Part shown: piece by piece, positions 1-9,434 of the stretch
Position numbering within the stretch: position 1 is the stretch's first letter
Layout: each line of letters opens with the position of its first letter
Assembly (NCBI GenBank): GCA_029571225.1
Contig: JAKPTF010000013.1
Location: 16,344 to 80,343 of the forward strand
Direction of reading: 5' to 3'
Source: Candidatus Omnitrophota bacterium
GTDB lineage: Bacteria; Omnitrophota; Gorgyraeia; Gygaellales; Profunditerraquicolaceae
Length of the DNA: 64,000 bases
Translations under genes and position numbers: made by a program
The notes under the pieces: generated by a model
The model's database searches: none
Seen by the model: the letters and a program-made list of their open reading frames with translations, nothing else
Told to the model about the DNA's origin: nothing

Positions 1-876
1 GAGCTTTTATCTGGCGGCAGGATTATCGCGTACGCGTTGTTCGTTGCGGGGCTTATCGGTTTGACCGCCATCTTCCTGCGGCGCCGCAGGGCAGCCGGTT
101 TTGGCCTGTTATGGTTTCTTCTGGGCACAGCGCCTTTATATTATCTCATGTTCTCCAGGCCCCAGATGGGGCTAATCATGCAGGATAACTGGGGGTATGC
201 TCCTTCGCTGGGCCTGATTGCTTTGATTTCTGGGGGGCTCTCAGCCCTGAAGGGCCGTCTGCGCGCGCATATATGGCTTGCGCTTATAGCGGCTCTCGTA
301 TTATTTTATGCAGGCAAAAGCGTTTCCTATTCTCTGCTATGGAAGGACGAGAAGACCTATTGCTCTTACTGGCTTTCAGCAGTGCCCCGGAATCCGTACG
401 CGCTCAACAGCCTCGGCGTGATTTACGCTAAAGAAGGGGATTATGAAAAGGCAAAAAGATTTTTCTGGAAAGGCATTGATTGTTTCAGGGAAAAAGGGGC
501 TTCGCAGTCATCCGGCAGGATCAGCGCAGGGCCGCTGTTAGGTATTCTGTACAATAATCTCGGTTCGCTTGCGGAAAAAGAGCAGGATTTATCTGCCGCA
601 CTAAAATACTACCGTAACGCCGTCCTGGTAGATGAACGTAATGCCGAAGGCCACATCCGCATCGCAGGGGTTTACGGCAGCATGCAAGATCTTGATAGGG
701 CTATATTTCATCTCAACGAGGCGGTCAGGATTGATCCTTATCGCGCAGTCGCGTACCGTCAGCTTGCATTCTTGTATGAGGTTAAGGGAGAAAAGGAAAA
801 TGCCCTGAAGGCAGTGAGGAAGGCGCTGGCAATAGACCCAGCTTGTTTTCAGCAGCAGGGGGAAGGGATCAGATGA
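1..876 (+). CDS. TPR-repeat membrane protein, 5' end cut by window edge
   Basis: Frame 1 is open from nt 1; the ORF track begins at TTG 37. Hydrophobic segments (FVAGLIGLTAIFL, LLWFLLGTAPLYYLMF, IWLALIAALVLFYA) are followed by TPR-like repeats (ALNSLGVIYAKEGDYEKAKRFF, AALKYYRNAVLVDERNAEGH, AYRQLAFLYEVKGEKENALKAVRKALAIDP). Stop TGA at 874-876. Confidence 0.6.
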   Translation, partial: ELLSGGRIIAYALFVAGLIGLTAIFLRRRRAAGFGLLWFLLGTAPLYYLMFSRPQMGLIMQDNWGYAPSLGLIALISGGLSALKGRLRAHIWLALIAALVLFYAGKSVSYSLLWKDEKTYCSYWLSAVPRNPYALNSLGVIYAKEGDYEKAKRFFWKGIDCFREKGASQSSGRISAGPLLGILYNNLGSLAEKEQDLSAALKYYRNAVLVDERNAEGHIRIAGVYGSMQDLDRAIFHLNEAVRIDPYRAVAYRQLAFLYEVKGEKENALKAVRKALAIDPACFQQQGEGIR

Positions 877-2360
877 CGATCGATATAATAATCCTGTGGG
901 TTTCGATACTCACTCTGGTGGGCGTGCTTGCTAGCAAGCTCACGGACCGCGTGGCTTTACCCGCGTTGCTGTTGTTCCTGGTCATCGGCATGCTTGCCGG
1001 TTCCGAGGGGATAGGCGGCATATATTTCGATGACTACGGCGTTGCCAAATCACTGGGGACGCTGGCTCTCATATTCATCATTTTTTTCGGCGGATTCGAT
1101 ACTGCCTGGAAGTCGGTCAAGCCGCTTTTTCTGCCGGCATTATGCCTTTCAACCGTTGGCGTGGTTATCACCGCCTTTGTCGTAGGTCTATCTGCCGCGT
1201 TGATCCTGAAAATGTCGTTGATAGAGGGGCTTCTGCTTGGATCGATCGTTTCGTCAACCGATGCCGCGGCTGTTTTCAATCTTATGAGATCGAAGAAGGT
1301 TTCCCTGAAGGGCCATCTGCGTCCTTTGCTTGAGCTTGAATCGGGAAGCAACGACCCGATGGCAGTTTTCTTGACGATCGGTTTTCTGGGCATCCTGACC
1401 AGTTCAGGCCAATCTATAGTGAGCCTGATTCCTTCGTTCGTATCGAGCATGGGCGTGGGGCTGATCATGGGGTATTTGATGGCCCGGTTAAGCGTGTTCA
1501 TCCTGAATCGCATCAGGCTTGAATATGAAGGGCTATACCCGGTACTTATAATGGGCCTGGTGTTGATCACCTACGCGATAACGACGCTGGTCAACGGCAG
1601 CGGATTCCTTGCAGTATATCTGCTTGGACTTCTGATGAGCAGAGAGGATTTCGTTCACAAAAGGTCTCTGGTGAGGTTTTATGAAGGGGTTGCCTGGCTC
1701 ATGCAGATCCTCATGTTCCTTGCGCTGGGCATGCTTGTTTTTCCGTCACAGATCGTGCCGGTTATCGGAAGCGGCCTCTTGATAGCAGGGATACTAATGT
1801 TTATAGCCAGGCCCATAGGAGTGTTTCTGTGCCTGCTACCGTTCAAATTCAAGCTGCCGCACAAGGTGATGATATCCTGGGTCGGATTGAGGGGGGCTGT
1901 GCCCATAGTCCTGGCTACGTTTCCTTTACTTGCCGGGATACCTCAAGCGCATACTATCTTTAATATCGTTTTCTTTGTTGTTTTGACTTCGGTGCTAATA
2001 CAGGGCACCTCGATCCCTGCTGTTTCGCGTCTCCTGCGCGTTGATACGCCGCTGGACATGAAAAAGAAATATCCTATCGAATTCGAATACACCGAAGGCA
2101 TCGAGGCGTCTCTCACCGACATGATCGTGCCCTACGAATCCGAAGCAGCCGGCCAGGCAATCGCATCCCTCGGCGTGCCTGCGCGCGCGCTGATCGTGCT
2201 CGTATCCCGCGGAGAAAAATTCATCGTCCCCAACGGCTCGACCGTCATCGAGGGCGGCGATGTCCTGCTCGTTCTGGCGCATGAGCGAGACCGCAAGGCG
2301 CTTCAGGCAATACTCCAGAAGCAGAAAGCAAAGAAACAGGAAAGCGGGAAAAATGAATAA
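873..2360 (+). CDS. K+/H+ (cation:proton) antiporter, NhaP2/CvrA-like, with C-terminal RCK_C/TrkA-C domain
   Basis: ATG 873 overlaps the upstream stop (ATGA) and follows a purine-rich GGGGGAAGGG. The protein is polytopic and contains LESGSNDP. The soluble C-terminus (ARALIVLVSRGEKFIVPNGSTVIEGGDVLLVLA) looks like a TrkA-C fold. Confidence 0.8.
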   Translation: MTIDIIILWVSILTLVGVLASKLTDRVALPALLLFLVIGMLAGSEGIGGIYFDDYGVAKSLGTLALIFIIFFGGFDTAWKSVKPLFLPALCLSTVGVVITAFVVGLSAALILKMSLIEGLLLGSIVSSTDAAAVFNLMRSKKVSLKGHLRPLLELESGSNDPMAVFLTIGFLGILTSSGQSIVSLIPSFVSSMGVGLIMGYLMARLSVFILNRIRLEYEGLYPVLIMGLVLITYAITTLVNGSGFLAVYLLGLLMSREDFVHKRSLVRFYEGVAWLMQILMFLALGMLVFPSQIVPVIGSGLLIAGILMFIARPIGVFLCLLPFKFKLPHKVMISWVGLRGAVPIVLATFPLLAGIPQAHTIFNIVFFVVLTSVLIQGTSIPAVSRLLRVDTPLDMKKKYPIEFEYTEGIEASLTDMIVPYESEAAGQAIASLGVPARALIVLVSRGEKFIVPNGSTVIEGGDVLLVLAHERDRKALQAILQKQKAKKQESGKNE

Positions 2361-2664
2361 AAAAGGGCAGATGGCGGTTTGCGATCAGGGCCGGTATATC
2401 AGATATTGGCAAGAGAAAGAACAGGAATGGAATGCCCGTTGCGGACGATGCGGCTCCTGCTGCGGGGCGCTCGAGGACCCTTGCGTGAATCTGCAGAAGC
2501 TTCAGTCCGGCGGGTATGCCTGCCGTTTATATGAAAACAGGCTTGGCCGGCAACGCACGGTTTCAGGCAAGGAATTCATGTGTGTGCCGGTGCGCGAGAA
2601 GATATCGGCAGGCCAGAGTTGGCCCGGAGACGAGAGGTGTGAGTATAAAAATGCCGTTACGTAA
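2353..2664 (+). CDS. YkgJ/UPF0153-type cysteine-cluster protein (function unknown)
   Basis: ATG 2353 overlaps the antiporter stop. The 103-aa Cys-rich product carries a CGRCGSCCG motif. The ORF-track N-terminal extension from 2260 lies inside the antiporter gene. Confidence 0.45.
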   Translation: MNKKGQMAVCDQGRYIRYWQEKEQEWNARCGRCGSCCGALEDPCVNLQKLQSGGYACRLYENRLGRQRTVSGKEFMCVPVREKISAGQSWPGDERCEYKNAVT

Positions 2665-2682
2665 ACAATGCAAGGAGGAGGT

Positions 2683-3234
2683 ATGGCTGCAAAAAAAATA
2701 GCTGTTATTGTAGGAAGCTTGCGAAAAGGGTCTTTTAACCGCAAGATAGCAGAAGAGCTTATGGGGTTTGCGCCGGCATCGCTAAAGCTCGAGATGGTCG
2801 GTATCGGAGACCTGCCGCTGTATAATCAGGATTTTGACGATGACTCTCCGGCCTCCTATACTCGCTTCCGTGAGCTGATCAAAGGATACGACGGATTTCT
2901 GTTCGTTACCCCTGAGCACAACCGTTCGATGCCTGCGGCGCTCAAGAATGCGCTCGATATAGGCTCCAGGCCTTACGGCAAGAACGTATGGGGTTCAAAG
3001 CCCGGGGCAGTGGTTAGCGTTTCCGTAGGCCCGATTGGGGGATTCGGGGCAAACCATCATCTGCGCCAGGCGCTCGTGTGCCTGAACGTTGCTGTCATGC
3101 CGCGGGAGGCATACATAGGCAATGTTGAGTCGCTTCTGGACCAGGCAGGGAGATTGGCCAACGAAACAACCAGGAAATCGCTTTCGCGGTTCGTGGAGGC
3201 ATTCGCTCAATGGGTTGATGCCCGCAACGGGTAA
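2683..3234 (+). CDS. NADPH-dependent FMN reductase family oxidoreductase (SsuE/ChrR/YieF-like)
   Basis: AAGGAGGAGG RBS lies just upstream of ATG 2683. KIAVIVGSLRKGSFNRK and FVTPEHNRSMPAALKNALD are flavodoxin-like FMN reductase signatures. Confidence 0.75.
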   Translation: MAAKKIAVIVGSLRKGSFNRKIAEELMGFAPASLKLEMVGIGDLPLYNQDFDDDSPASYTRFRELIKGYDGFLFVTPEHNRSMPAALKNALDIGSRPYGKNVWGSKPGAVVSVSVGPIGGFGANHHLRQALVCLNVAVMPREAYIGNVESLLDQAGRLANETTRKSLSRFVEAFAQWVDARNG

Positions 3235-3237
3235 TGA

Positions 3238-4011
3238 ATGGAGATTTCAATGAAACAATGGTATGAATCTTTATTTGAGAATTACGCTCACAAATACGAT
3301 AAGGAAAGCTATGTGCAGGGAACGGTGGGCGAGTGTGATTTTATTGAGAGGGAGATCAATCGCGATAAATCCCTTAAGATCCTTGATATCGGTTGCGGTA
3401 CCGGCCGTCATGCGATCGAGCTGACAGAGAGGGGATATAAGGTGACCGGCATTGACCTCTCCGCGAATCAGATTACAAGGGCAAGAGAGAAAGCCAGGGA
3501 GGCAGGCCTGACCATTGACTTTCTGATACAGGATGCCCGAAATCTTCCGTTTAACAATGTGTTCGATCTGGCAATCATGCTGTGCGAAGGGGGATTCTCT
3601 CTTATGGAAACTGATGAGATGAACTTCGCAATACTGAAGGAAGCGGCAAAAGCCCTTAAAAGTAAAGGTAAGTTCATTTTCACCACATTAAACGGATTGT
3701 TCCCGCTGTTTCATTCTGTCAATGACTTCTATAAGTCGGAGCAGAAAGAAGGCCAGTCCCGGTGTAATCAGTGTTCCTTTGATTTGATGACCTTCCGCGA
3801 TCATAACACCGTTGATTTTGAGGACGATTCCGGCAACAAAAGGGAGCTATCGTGCAACGAGCGGTACTACGTGCCCAGCTAGATAACCTGGCTGCTGAAA
3901 AGCCTCGGATTCAGGAAAGTCGACATTTTCGGAGCCAGGCTCGGGGCGTATTCAAGGAGCGAAAAGCTCACGCCCGATCATTTCGAAATGCTCGTGGTTG
4001 CGGAAAAATGA
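3238..4011 (+). pseudogene. Class I SAM-dependent methyltransferase interrupted by one in-frame TAG (3880-3882)
   Basis: SAM motif I is present (ILDIGCGTGRHAIEL). The ORF ends YYVPS-TAG. The same frame then continues for 42 codons as ITWLLKSLGFRKVDIFGARLGAYSRSEKLTPDHFEMLVVAEK-TGA (stop 4009-4011), a typical methyltransferase C-terminus. Confidence 0.6.
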
Positions 4012-4145
4012 GCCGGCCGCGGAGAATAAGCGCAAAATATGTCATCCTTGCTGGGTTATCAGAGCAATCGGGAAACCCCATGCATTAAAAGCAATGAAAA
4101 GGTTCAAGATGCTTTGATAATGATAAAAAGTTAAAATAGAGCCTG

Positions 4146-5423
4146 ATGAAAAGACGTATCAAAGAAGAAAGCATTCTTTTATACAGTGTCGCTAAATGGG
4201 TCTTCCTATCGATTATCGTGGGGTGCATGGTAGGGGTATCCACAGCGATATTTCTCAAAGCATTAAGCTGGTCATCGGATACCGCGGGTCAGCATGCGTA
4301 TTATTTTTTTCTTCTGCCTGCCGCATTATTTATAAGCGCATTACTGATCAAGTCCTTTGCCCCTGACGCCGAGGGCCACGGCACGGAGAAAGTCATAGAA
4401 GCCATTCATAAGCAAAATGGCGTCATCAAGGCAGAGGTTGTTCCGGTCAAGCTTGCGGCTACTATTATCACGATCGCCTTAGGCGGCTCTGCCGGTAAAG
4501 AAGGCCCATGCGCCCAGATCGGCGCCGGAATAGCTTCGACATTCGCAAGGTTATTCCGCTTTGACGCTCACGACCGCAGGAAACTGGTTATCTGCGGTAT
4601 CAGCGCCGGTTTTGCTTCCGTGTTCGGGACACCGATTGCAGGCGCAATCTTTGGGGTAGAGGTGCTTTTTGTCGGGAGCATTCTTTACGACGTGATGTTG
4701 CCTTCGTTTATCTCTGGAGTTGTCAGCTATAATGTTGCCTCTGCTCTGGGCATACGGTATTTTCATTACGCCCTTACCGCGCCCCTTAATTTCTCCGCCG
4801 TCCTGTTTTATGAAATCCTCCTGTCGGGAGTATTTTTTGGATTATGCTCTTTTTTATTGATCGAGGTATTGAACGCCGGCAAAAAGGTATCCGAAAGAAT
4901 CAGAATCCCGAAACCCTTGAAAGGTTTAATCGGCGGGGCGGCCCTAATTGCTGTCGCGCTGCTCTTTTCGCCCGATTATCTTGGCCTCGGTTTTAATTCG
5001 ATAGAGTCTTCTTTAAGAGGGCATCCTCTTCCTTGGTATGCGTTTATCCTCAAATCGGTTACGACCAGCATAACGCTTAATTTCGGAGGCAGCGGCGGAA
5101 TAGTGACGCCGATTTTCTTTATCGGGTCCAGCGCAGGTAACGTATTTGCTCAACTGCTGCGGCTCGACATCATACTTTTCTCTTGTCTAGGGTTCGTCGG
5201 ACTTCTGGCGGGAGCGGCCAATACGCCTATAGCCGCCAGTATTATGGCGATTGAGTTATTCGGGCCCCAGATAGCGCCCTATGCTGCCATGGTGTGCGTG
5301 ATCAGCTTTCTTGTGACAGGGTACAGAAGCGTTTATCCGTCGCAGATACTGGCATTTAAGAAGTCAAAACTGATAGATGTCGAACTGGGCAAGGAAATTG
5401 AAAAGGTCAAACCGAAAATATAG
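4146..5423 (+). CDS. ClC family voltage-gated chloride channel / Cl-:H+ antiporter homologue
   Basis: Polytopic 425-aa protein with GGSAGKEGP (the GKEGP gating-Glu motif), FGTPIAGAIFGVE and GGIVTPIFFIG. The first filter motif reads GHGTE rather than GSGIP. Confidence 0.85.
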   Translation: MKRRIKEESILLYSVAKWVFLSIIVGCMVGVSTAIFLKALSWSSDTAGQHAYYFFLLPAALFISALLIKSFAPDAEGHGTEKVIEAIHKQNGVIKAEVVPVKLAATIITIALGGSAGKEGPCAQIGAGIASTFARLFRFDAHDRRKLVICGISAGFASVFGTPIAGAIFGVEVLFVGSILYDVMLPSFISGVVSYNVASALGIRYFHYALTAPLNFSAVLFYEILLSGVFFGLCSFLLIEVLNAGKKVSERIRIPKPLKGLIGGAALIAVALLFSPDYLGLGFNSIESSLRGHPLPWYAFILKSVTTSITLNFGGSGGIVTPIFFIGSSAGNVFAQLLRLDIILFSCLGFVGLLAGAANTPIAASIMAIELFGPQIAPYAAMVCVISFLVTGYRSVYPSQILAFKKSKLIDVELGKEIEKVKPKI

Positions 5424-5631
5424 GCAGAAATATGACAAAGATTATATCAAAAAAAGTTTTTATTAAAAATTTTGGATGACCGATGGAAACGTTACTACAA
5501 ACCAATACTACAATTTTTACGGGAGCTGTATAATAAAGGTTAACTTGAAGTAGAATAAGTAGTTGTAGAAATAAAGTGGAAGAGAACCGAACGTAAGTGA
5601 AAACGGACGCATTGCAAAAAAGGAATATCTT

Positions 5632-6465
5632 ATGATCAGAAAAACAGCGCTCTTCATCTTTGCACACGTATTCCTGTTAATAACCGCAGTGTTTGCGGAA
5701 ATTCCAAATCATCCGCTTGTAGAGAAAGCCAAGCAGGAGAGGAGGGCGCGTGTCCAATACGCGCTTGCCAACGATGCACAGGTCATTCTAACGCAAGACG
5801 CAAAGAGTTTCTATCTTTTATGGTTGCCCGAAAACAGCCGTGTTGATAACCTCCCGCCAATGGTGGTAACTTTGCATGGCCATAGCGGGTATGCATTTGA
5901 AGATTTTTATGTATGGCACAATTTTCTGAAAGAGAGGGGGTATGGTTTACTCGCTCTTCAGTGGTGGCTTGGGGCAGGAGAGGCGATCACCGATTACCTT
6001 TTGCCCAATGAAATATACCGCGTTATTGATCAGGCTTTGCGCAAATTGCACGCGAAACCTGGCCAGGCATTGCTGCATGGTTTTAGCCGTGCCTCGGCAA
6101 ATATCTACGCGGTCGCCGCGATGGATCGAAGCACCAAAAACCATTATTTTTCACTTTTCATAGCCAATGCGGGCAAAGCAAGCCGCGATTATCCGCCAAC
6201 GCGCGAGATCGAGCAGGGGCGTTTTGGGGACAAGCCTCTTGCGGGTTCACATTGGGTGACTTTTGCCGGAGGAAAGGATCCGAACCCTGGCCGCGACGGC
6301 GTATTAGGTATGCGTGAAACGGTTGATTGGATCCGAAGGTACGGGGGTAACGTGGACCTTGTAATTGAAGATCCTGATGCCGGACACGGAGGTTTTCATC
6401 AAGTACCTAAGAATACCAATGCGGCGCTCGATGTTTTTGATAAATTGCGGGCAAGAGTTGACTAA
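5632..6465 (+). CDS. Secreted alpha/beta-hydrolase (esterase/depolymerase-like)
   Basis: N-terminal signal peptide (MIRKTALFIFAHVFLLITAVFA). HGFSRAS is a nucleophile-elbow-like motif and there is a C-terminal DAGHGGF. It is preceded by a 208-nt AT-rich spacer. Confidence 0.5.
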   Translation: MIRKTALFIFAHVFLLITAVFAEIPNHPLVEKAKQERRARVQYALANDAQVILTQDAKSFYLLWLPENSRVDNLPPMVVTLHGHSGYAFEDFYVWHNFLKERGYGLLALQWWLGAGEAITDYLLPNEIYRVIDQALRKLHAKPGQALLHGFSRASANIYAVAAMDRSTKNHYFSLFIANAGKASRDYPPTREIEQGRFGDKPLAGSHWVTFAGGKDPNPGRDGVLGMRETVDWIRRYGGNVDLVIEDPDAGHGGFHQVPKNTNAALDVFDKLRARVD

Positions 6466-6469
6466 AAAT

Positions 6470-7681
6470 ATGAAAAAACACGTGTACCTGCGGACTTTCG
6501 GATGTCAGATGAACGTGCGCGATTCTGAGGTGGTCGCGGGCCTGATGAAAAAAGCGGGTTTTGCGCTCACCGATGACGAAACAAAAGCCGGCATCGTGAT
6601 TTTCATGACATGCTCGGTTCGTCAGCATGCCGAGGACAAGGTGTGGAGCGAGATCGGCAGGATATCGAAGCCCGGCAGAAAGAACAGGGGCGCCGGCTCG
6701 GTCCGGCCGGTTATCGGCTTGATAGGTTGTATGGCGCAGAATTACCGTGAACGCGTATTTGAACGAGCTCCCTCAGTAGATTTTGTCGTTGGGCCGGCGG
6801 ATATCGATAAGATACCAGGCATTGTCAAAAAGATTCTCGAACACCGGAGCGTCAGCAAGCAGGCCTGCGGACTCTTCGATCTGAAGATTTGGGAAACAGA
6901 CGGGCTGGGCCGGCCGGAACACATATACCATACGGGGTTTTACGAAGAAAAGGGCCACGCCTATGCGGTGATTTCTGAAGGATGCTCTAATTTCTGCACG
7001 TATTGCATTGTACCGTATGTGCGCGGCCCTGTGAGGCATAGGAACGCGCAGGATATTATCGATGAGATAAATAAAGCTGTCGCAGGGGGGATCACGAGGT
7101 TCACGCTTCTAGGCCAGAACGTGAATTCCTATAGGTCCCCGGACCCGCTCAATGGCAAGCCTGTTGATTTTGTTTCTTTGCTGAAGCATGTTAACAGGAT
7201 CGAGGGCGTTGAGGAAATCGGTTTTATAACATCACATCCCAGGGATACGACCCCAAGACTGTTTGAGGCAATGGCAGAATTCGATAAGGTTAGGAAATAT
7301 CTTCACCTGCCCGTGCAGTCAGGTTCTGACAGGATACTCAGGGCAATGAACCGCGGTTATACCCGGCAGGAATATCTGAAATTGGCGCGGGAATACCGCA
7401 GGATCGTCAAGGGCGGGATATTGACTACCGATATAATCGTTGGTTTTCCCGGAGAGACAAAAGAGGATTTCTGTCTGACCAGGGACATCGTCAGGGATAC
7501 GGAATTTGACGCTGCATATATCTTCAAGTATTCGCCGCGGCCCAATACGCAGGCGGAGATGATGGGCGATGATGTCCCGCGATCCGAGAAAGAGCGCCGG
7601 CATAAGGTCATACTCGATCTGCAGAGGGCTATTTCACGGGCTAAAAAAGAAGCGTTGCTTAATTCCGAAAGCAACCTATAA
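6470..7681 (+). CDS. miaB: tRNA-2-methylthio-N6-dimethylallyladenosine synthase
   Basis: MKKHVYLRTFGCQMN N-terminal Cys domain, radical-SAM CSNFCTYC, and a C-terminal TRAM-like region. ATG 6470 is in frame with ORF 6365 and lies just after the upstream stop. Confidence 0.9.
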   Translation: MKKHVYLRTFGCQMNVRDSEVVAGLMKKAGFALTDDETKAGIVIFMTCSVRQHAEDKVWSEIGRISKPGRKNRGAGSVRPVIGLIGCMAQNYRERVFERAPSVDFVVGPADIDKIPGIVKKILEHRSVSKQACGLFDLKIWETDGLGRPEHIYHTGFYEEKGHAYAVISEGCSNFCTYCIVPYVRGPVRHRNAQDIIDEINKAVAGGITRFTLLGQNVNSYRSPDPLNGKPVDFVSLLKHVNRIEGVEEIGFITSHPRDTTPRLFEAMAEFDKVRKYLHLPVQSGSDRILRAMNRGYTRQEYLKLAREYRRIVKGGILTTDIIVGFPGETKEDFCLTRDIVRDTEFDAAYIFKYSPRPNTQAEMMGDDVPRSEKERRHKVILDLQRAISRAKKEALLNSESNL

Positions 7682-7688
7682 TAAAAGC

Positions 7689-8513
7689 ATGAAGAAAATA
7701 GTTTGTATATTTATCCTGGCCATGATGCTTGCCTCTGGCGCGTTTGCAATGGATCTTGACGCGATCAAGCGCCATTTCCTGAACAGCGACTGGAAGGCCG
7801 GTATCCGGGAAGGCGAGAGGCTTCTGGCGCAGGCGAACCGCAGGACGGAAGGCCTTGATGAGCTTTATTATTACCTTGCGTTGTGTTATCTTAAGGACGG
7901 CAATTATCTGCGAACGTCAGATATCTGCGAAATCCTCCTTGACGAATTCCCCAAGACCAGATTCAGGGAACAGGCGCATTTTGTGCTAATCGAAGCTTAC
8001 GACCGTCTTGATAATGTTGAGAAGGCCCGTTCGCACGCCGTGGATTTCTTGAAGAAATACCCCGGTTCTACCCATAAGAATGAAGTCGAAACCAGGCTTT
8101 CGAGGCTAAACGAGCGCGCCGCGGCACGGGCTTTACCTTTACCTATATTTCCGAGCCCGACTGTTTCAGCGCCGATTCCTGCTATGCCAGCTTCCCTGGA
8201 CGCCGTTCCGGTTGCTGTGAATGATGAGGGCCCAGATATTGTGCTTGCGCCGGGGCTGAGCCATGAAGCCGTTGCCGGAAATAATCAGAGGCTGTGGTGG
8301 GTGCAGGTCGGCGCGTTTTCAAACAATAGGAATGCCGGGAGGCTCGCGAACAGATTGCGCGAGGCTTCATATAAGGCCTCAGTGATCAAAAGCACCCTCA
8401 AGGGCAAGGATGTGTTCAAGGTCAGGGTCGGGCCTTATTCATCCGGCGATGAAGCGGCAGCCATAGCCAGGAGGTTGAGCAATCAGGGTTATCCGACCAA
8501 GATAATTCCGTGA
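7689..8513 (+). CDS. Exported TPR-like protein with C-terminal SPOR (peptidoglycan-binding) domain
   Basis: Signal peptide MKKIVCIFILAMMLASGAFA. TPR-like helices (LYYYLALCYLKDGNYL). C-terminal WWVQVGAFSNNRNAGRLANRL...FKVRVGPYSSGDEAAAIARRL is a SPOR repeat pattern. Confidence 0.65.
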   Translation: MKKIVCIFILAMMLASGAFAMDLDAIKRHFLNSDWKAGIREGERLLAQANRRTEGLDELYYYLALCYLKDGNYLRTSDICEILLDEFPKTRFREQAHFVLIEAYDRLDNVEKARSHAVDFLKKYPGSTHKNEVETRLSRLNERAAARALPLPIFPSPTVSAPIPAMPASLDAVPVAVNDEGPDIVLAPGLSHEAVAGNNQRLWWVQVGAFSNNRNAGRLANRLREASYKASVIKSTLKGKDVFKVRVGPYSSGDEAAAIARRLSNQGYPTKIIP

Positions 8514-8516
8514 GCC

Positions 8517-9431
8517 ATGAAACCCCGTCTTATATTCCTTGTCGGTCCTACGGCATCAGGCAAGACCGAAGTCTCCATTGCACTTGCGCGAAGGTTAAAT
8601 GCCGAGATCATCTGCTGTGATTCCATGCAGGTGTACAGGGGCATGGATATACTGACGTCAAAAGCGCCGGCCCGGGCGCGGAAAAAGATTCCGCATCATT
8701 GCGTCAATTTTGTCCCGGTGGCGTCGGAATATGACGTGTCGCAGTATCGCCTCAAGGCCCTGGCCGCAGCGAGGGCTATATTGAAAAGGGGCAGAGTCCC
8801 GCTTTTTGTAGGGGGCACGGGATTGTACATGTCCGTTCTGATCGACGGGATCTTCGACATGAAGGCAGGGGATGAGAGGGTGCGCCGAAGGCTTTACGCC
8901 AGGATCGAGCGTATTGGCAGCGCTGCCCTTCACCGGCGGCTCGCCTTGGTTGATCCGTCTGCGGCCCTGAAGATACACCCCAACGATGCACGGCGGATCG
9001 TCCGCGCGCTTGAGGTGTATGAGGTTACCGGAAAGCCCATTTCTGAACTGCAGAAGACGCGTCGCGGGCTTGCGGATGAATTCGACGTTCGCATATTCTG
9101 CCTTGATCTGCAGCGGGATGAGCTTTACCGCCGTATCGATGAGCGGGTGGAATTGATGTTCAGCCGGGGGCTTATTCCTGAAGTAAAACGGCTTTTGAAA
9201 AAACGTTTGAGCAGGACAGCGTCGCGCGCGATCGGGGTCAGTGAAGTGGCCGCATATCTGGCCGGCAGGATATCGCGCGATGGCGCCGCTTTATTGATGA
9301 AAAAAAATACGCGCAATTATGCGCGCAGGCAGATGACCTGGTTTCGCAAGGACAGGCGCATTGAATGGATACGAGTCTTCCCGGGCGAGACTGCCGCGGC
9401 GGTGTGCGCAAAAATAGAAAAGAGGCTTTAA
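8517..9431 (+). CDS. miaA: tRNA dimethylallyltransferase
   Basis: P-loop GPTASGKT, CDSMQVYRGMDI, and the overall IPPT pattern. Confidence 0.9.
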   Translation: MKPRLIFLVGPTASGKTEVSIALARRLNAEIICCDSMQVYRGMDILTSKAPARARKKIPHHCVNFVPVASEYDVSQYRLKALAAARAILKRGRVPLFVGGTGLYMSVLIDGIFDMKAGDERVRRRLYARIERIGSAALHRRLALVDPSAALKIHPNDARRIVRALEVYEVTGKPISELQKTRRGLADEFDVRIFCLDLQRDELYRRIDERVELMFSRGLIPEVKRLLKKRLSRTASRAIGVSEVAAYLAGRISRDGAALLMKKNTRNYARRQMTWFRKDRRIEWIRVFPGETAAAVCAKIEKRL

Positions 9432-9434
9432 ACC

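Noticed and set aside
24-40. The 17-nt exact repeat TATCGCGTACGCGTTGT at 24-40 and 39264-39280, containing the palindrome CGCGTACGCG.
   Set aside because: It is a single pair, and both copies sit inside unrelated CDS in different reading contexts. A naive 4^-17 estimate over all position pairs in 64 kb gives an expectation of order 0.1, which is not compelling. No flanking similarity exists.
3852-4088. The 78-aa ORF in the track that overlaps the methyltransferase 3' end.
   Set aside because: It is out of frame with the conserved methyltransferase tail, and its translation is Arg-rich with no motif. The meaningful reading is the same-frame continuation after TAG 3880-3882.
4012-4145. A possible fluoride (crcB-motif) riboswitch upstream of the ClC gene.
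   Set aside because: I see no conserved crcB-motif helices or pseudoknot-like segments when reading the 134-nt spacer. A covariance-model scan would be needed to exclude it formally.
5424-5631. The AT-rich 208-nt spacer between the ClC and hydrolase genes, considered as a possible ncRNA, tRNA or island boundary. This includes the 86-aa - strand ORF at 5407-5667.
   Set aside because: It has no tRNA-like T-arm or anticodon features, no convincing promoter-terminator pair and no repeats. The - strand ORF is a low-complexity product of AT-rich sequence. It is probably just a promoter-containing spacer.
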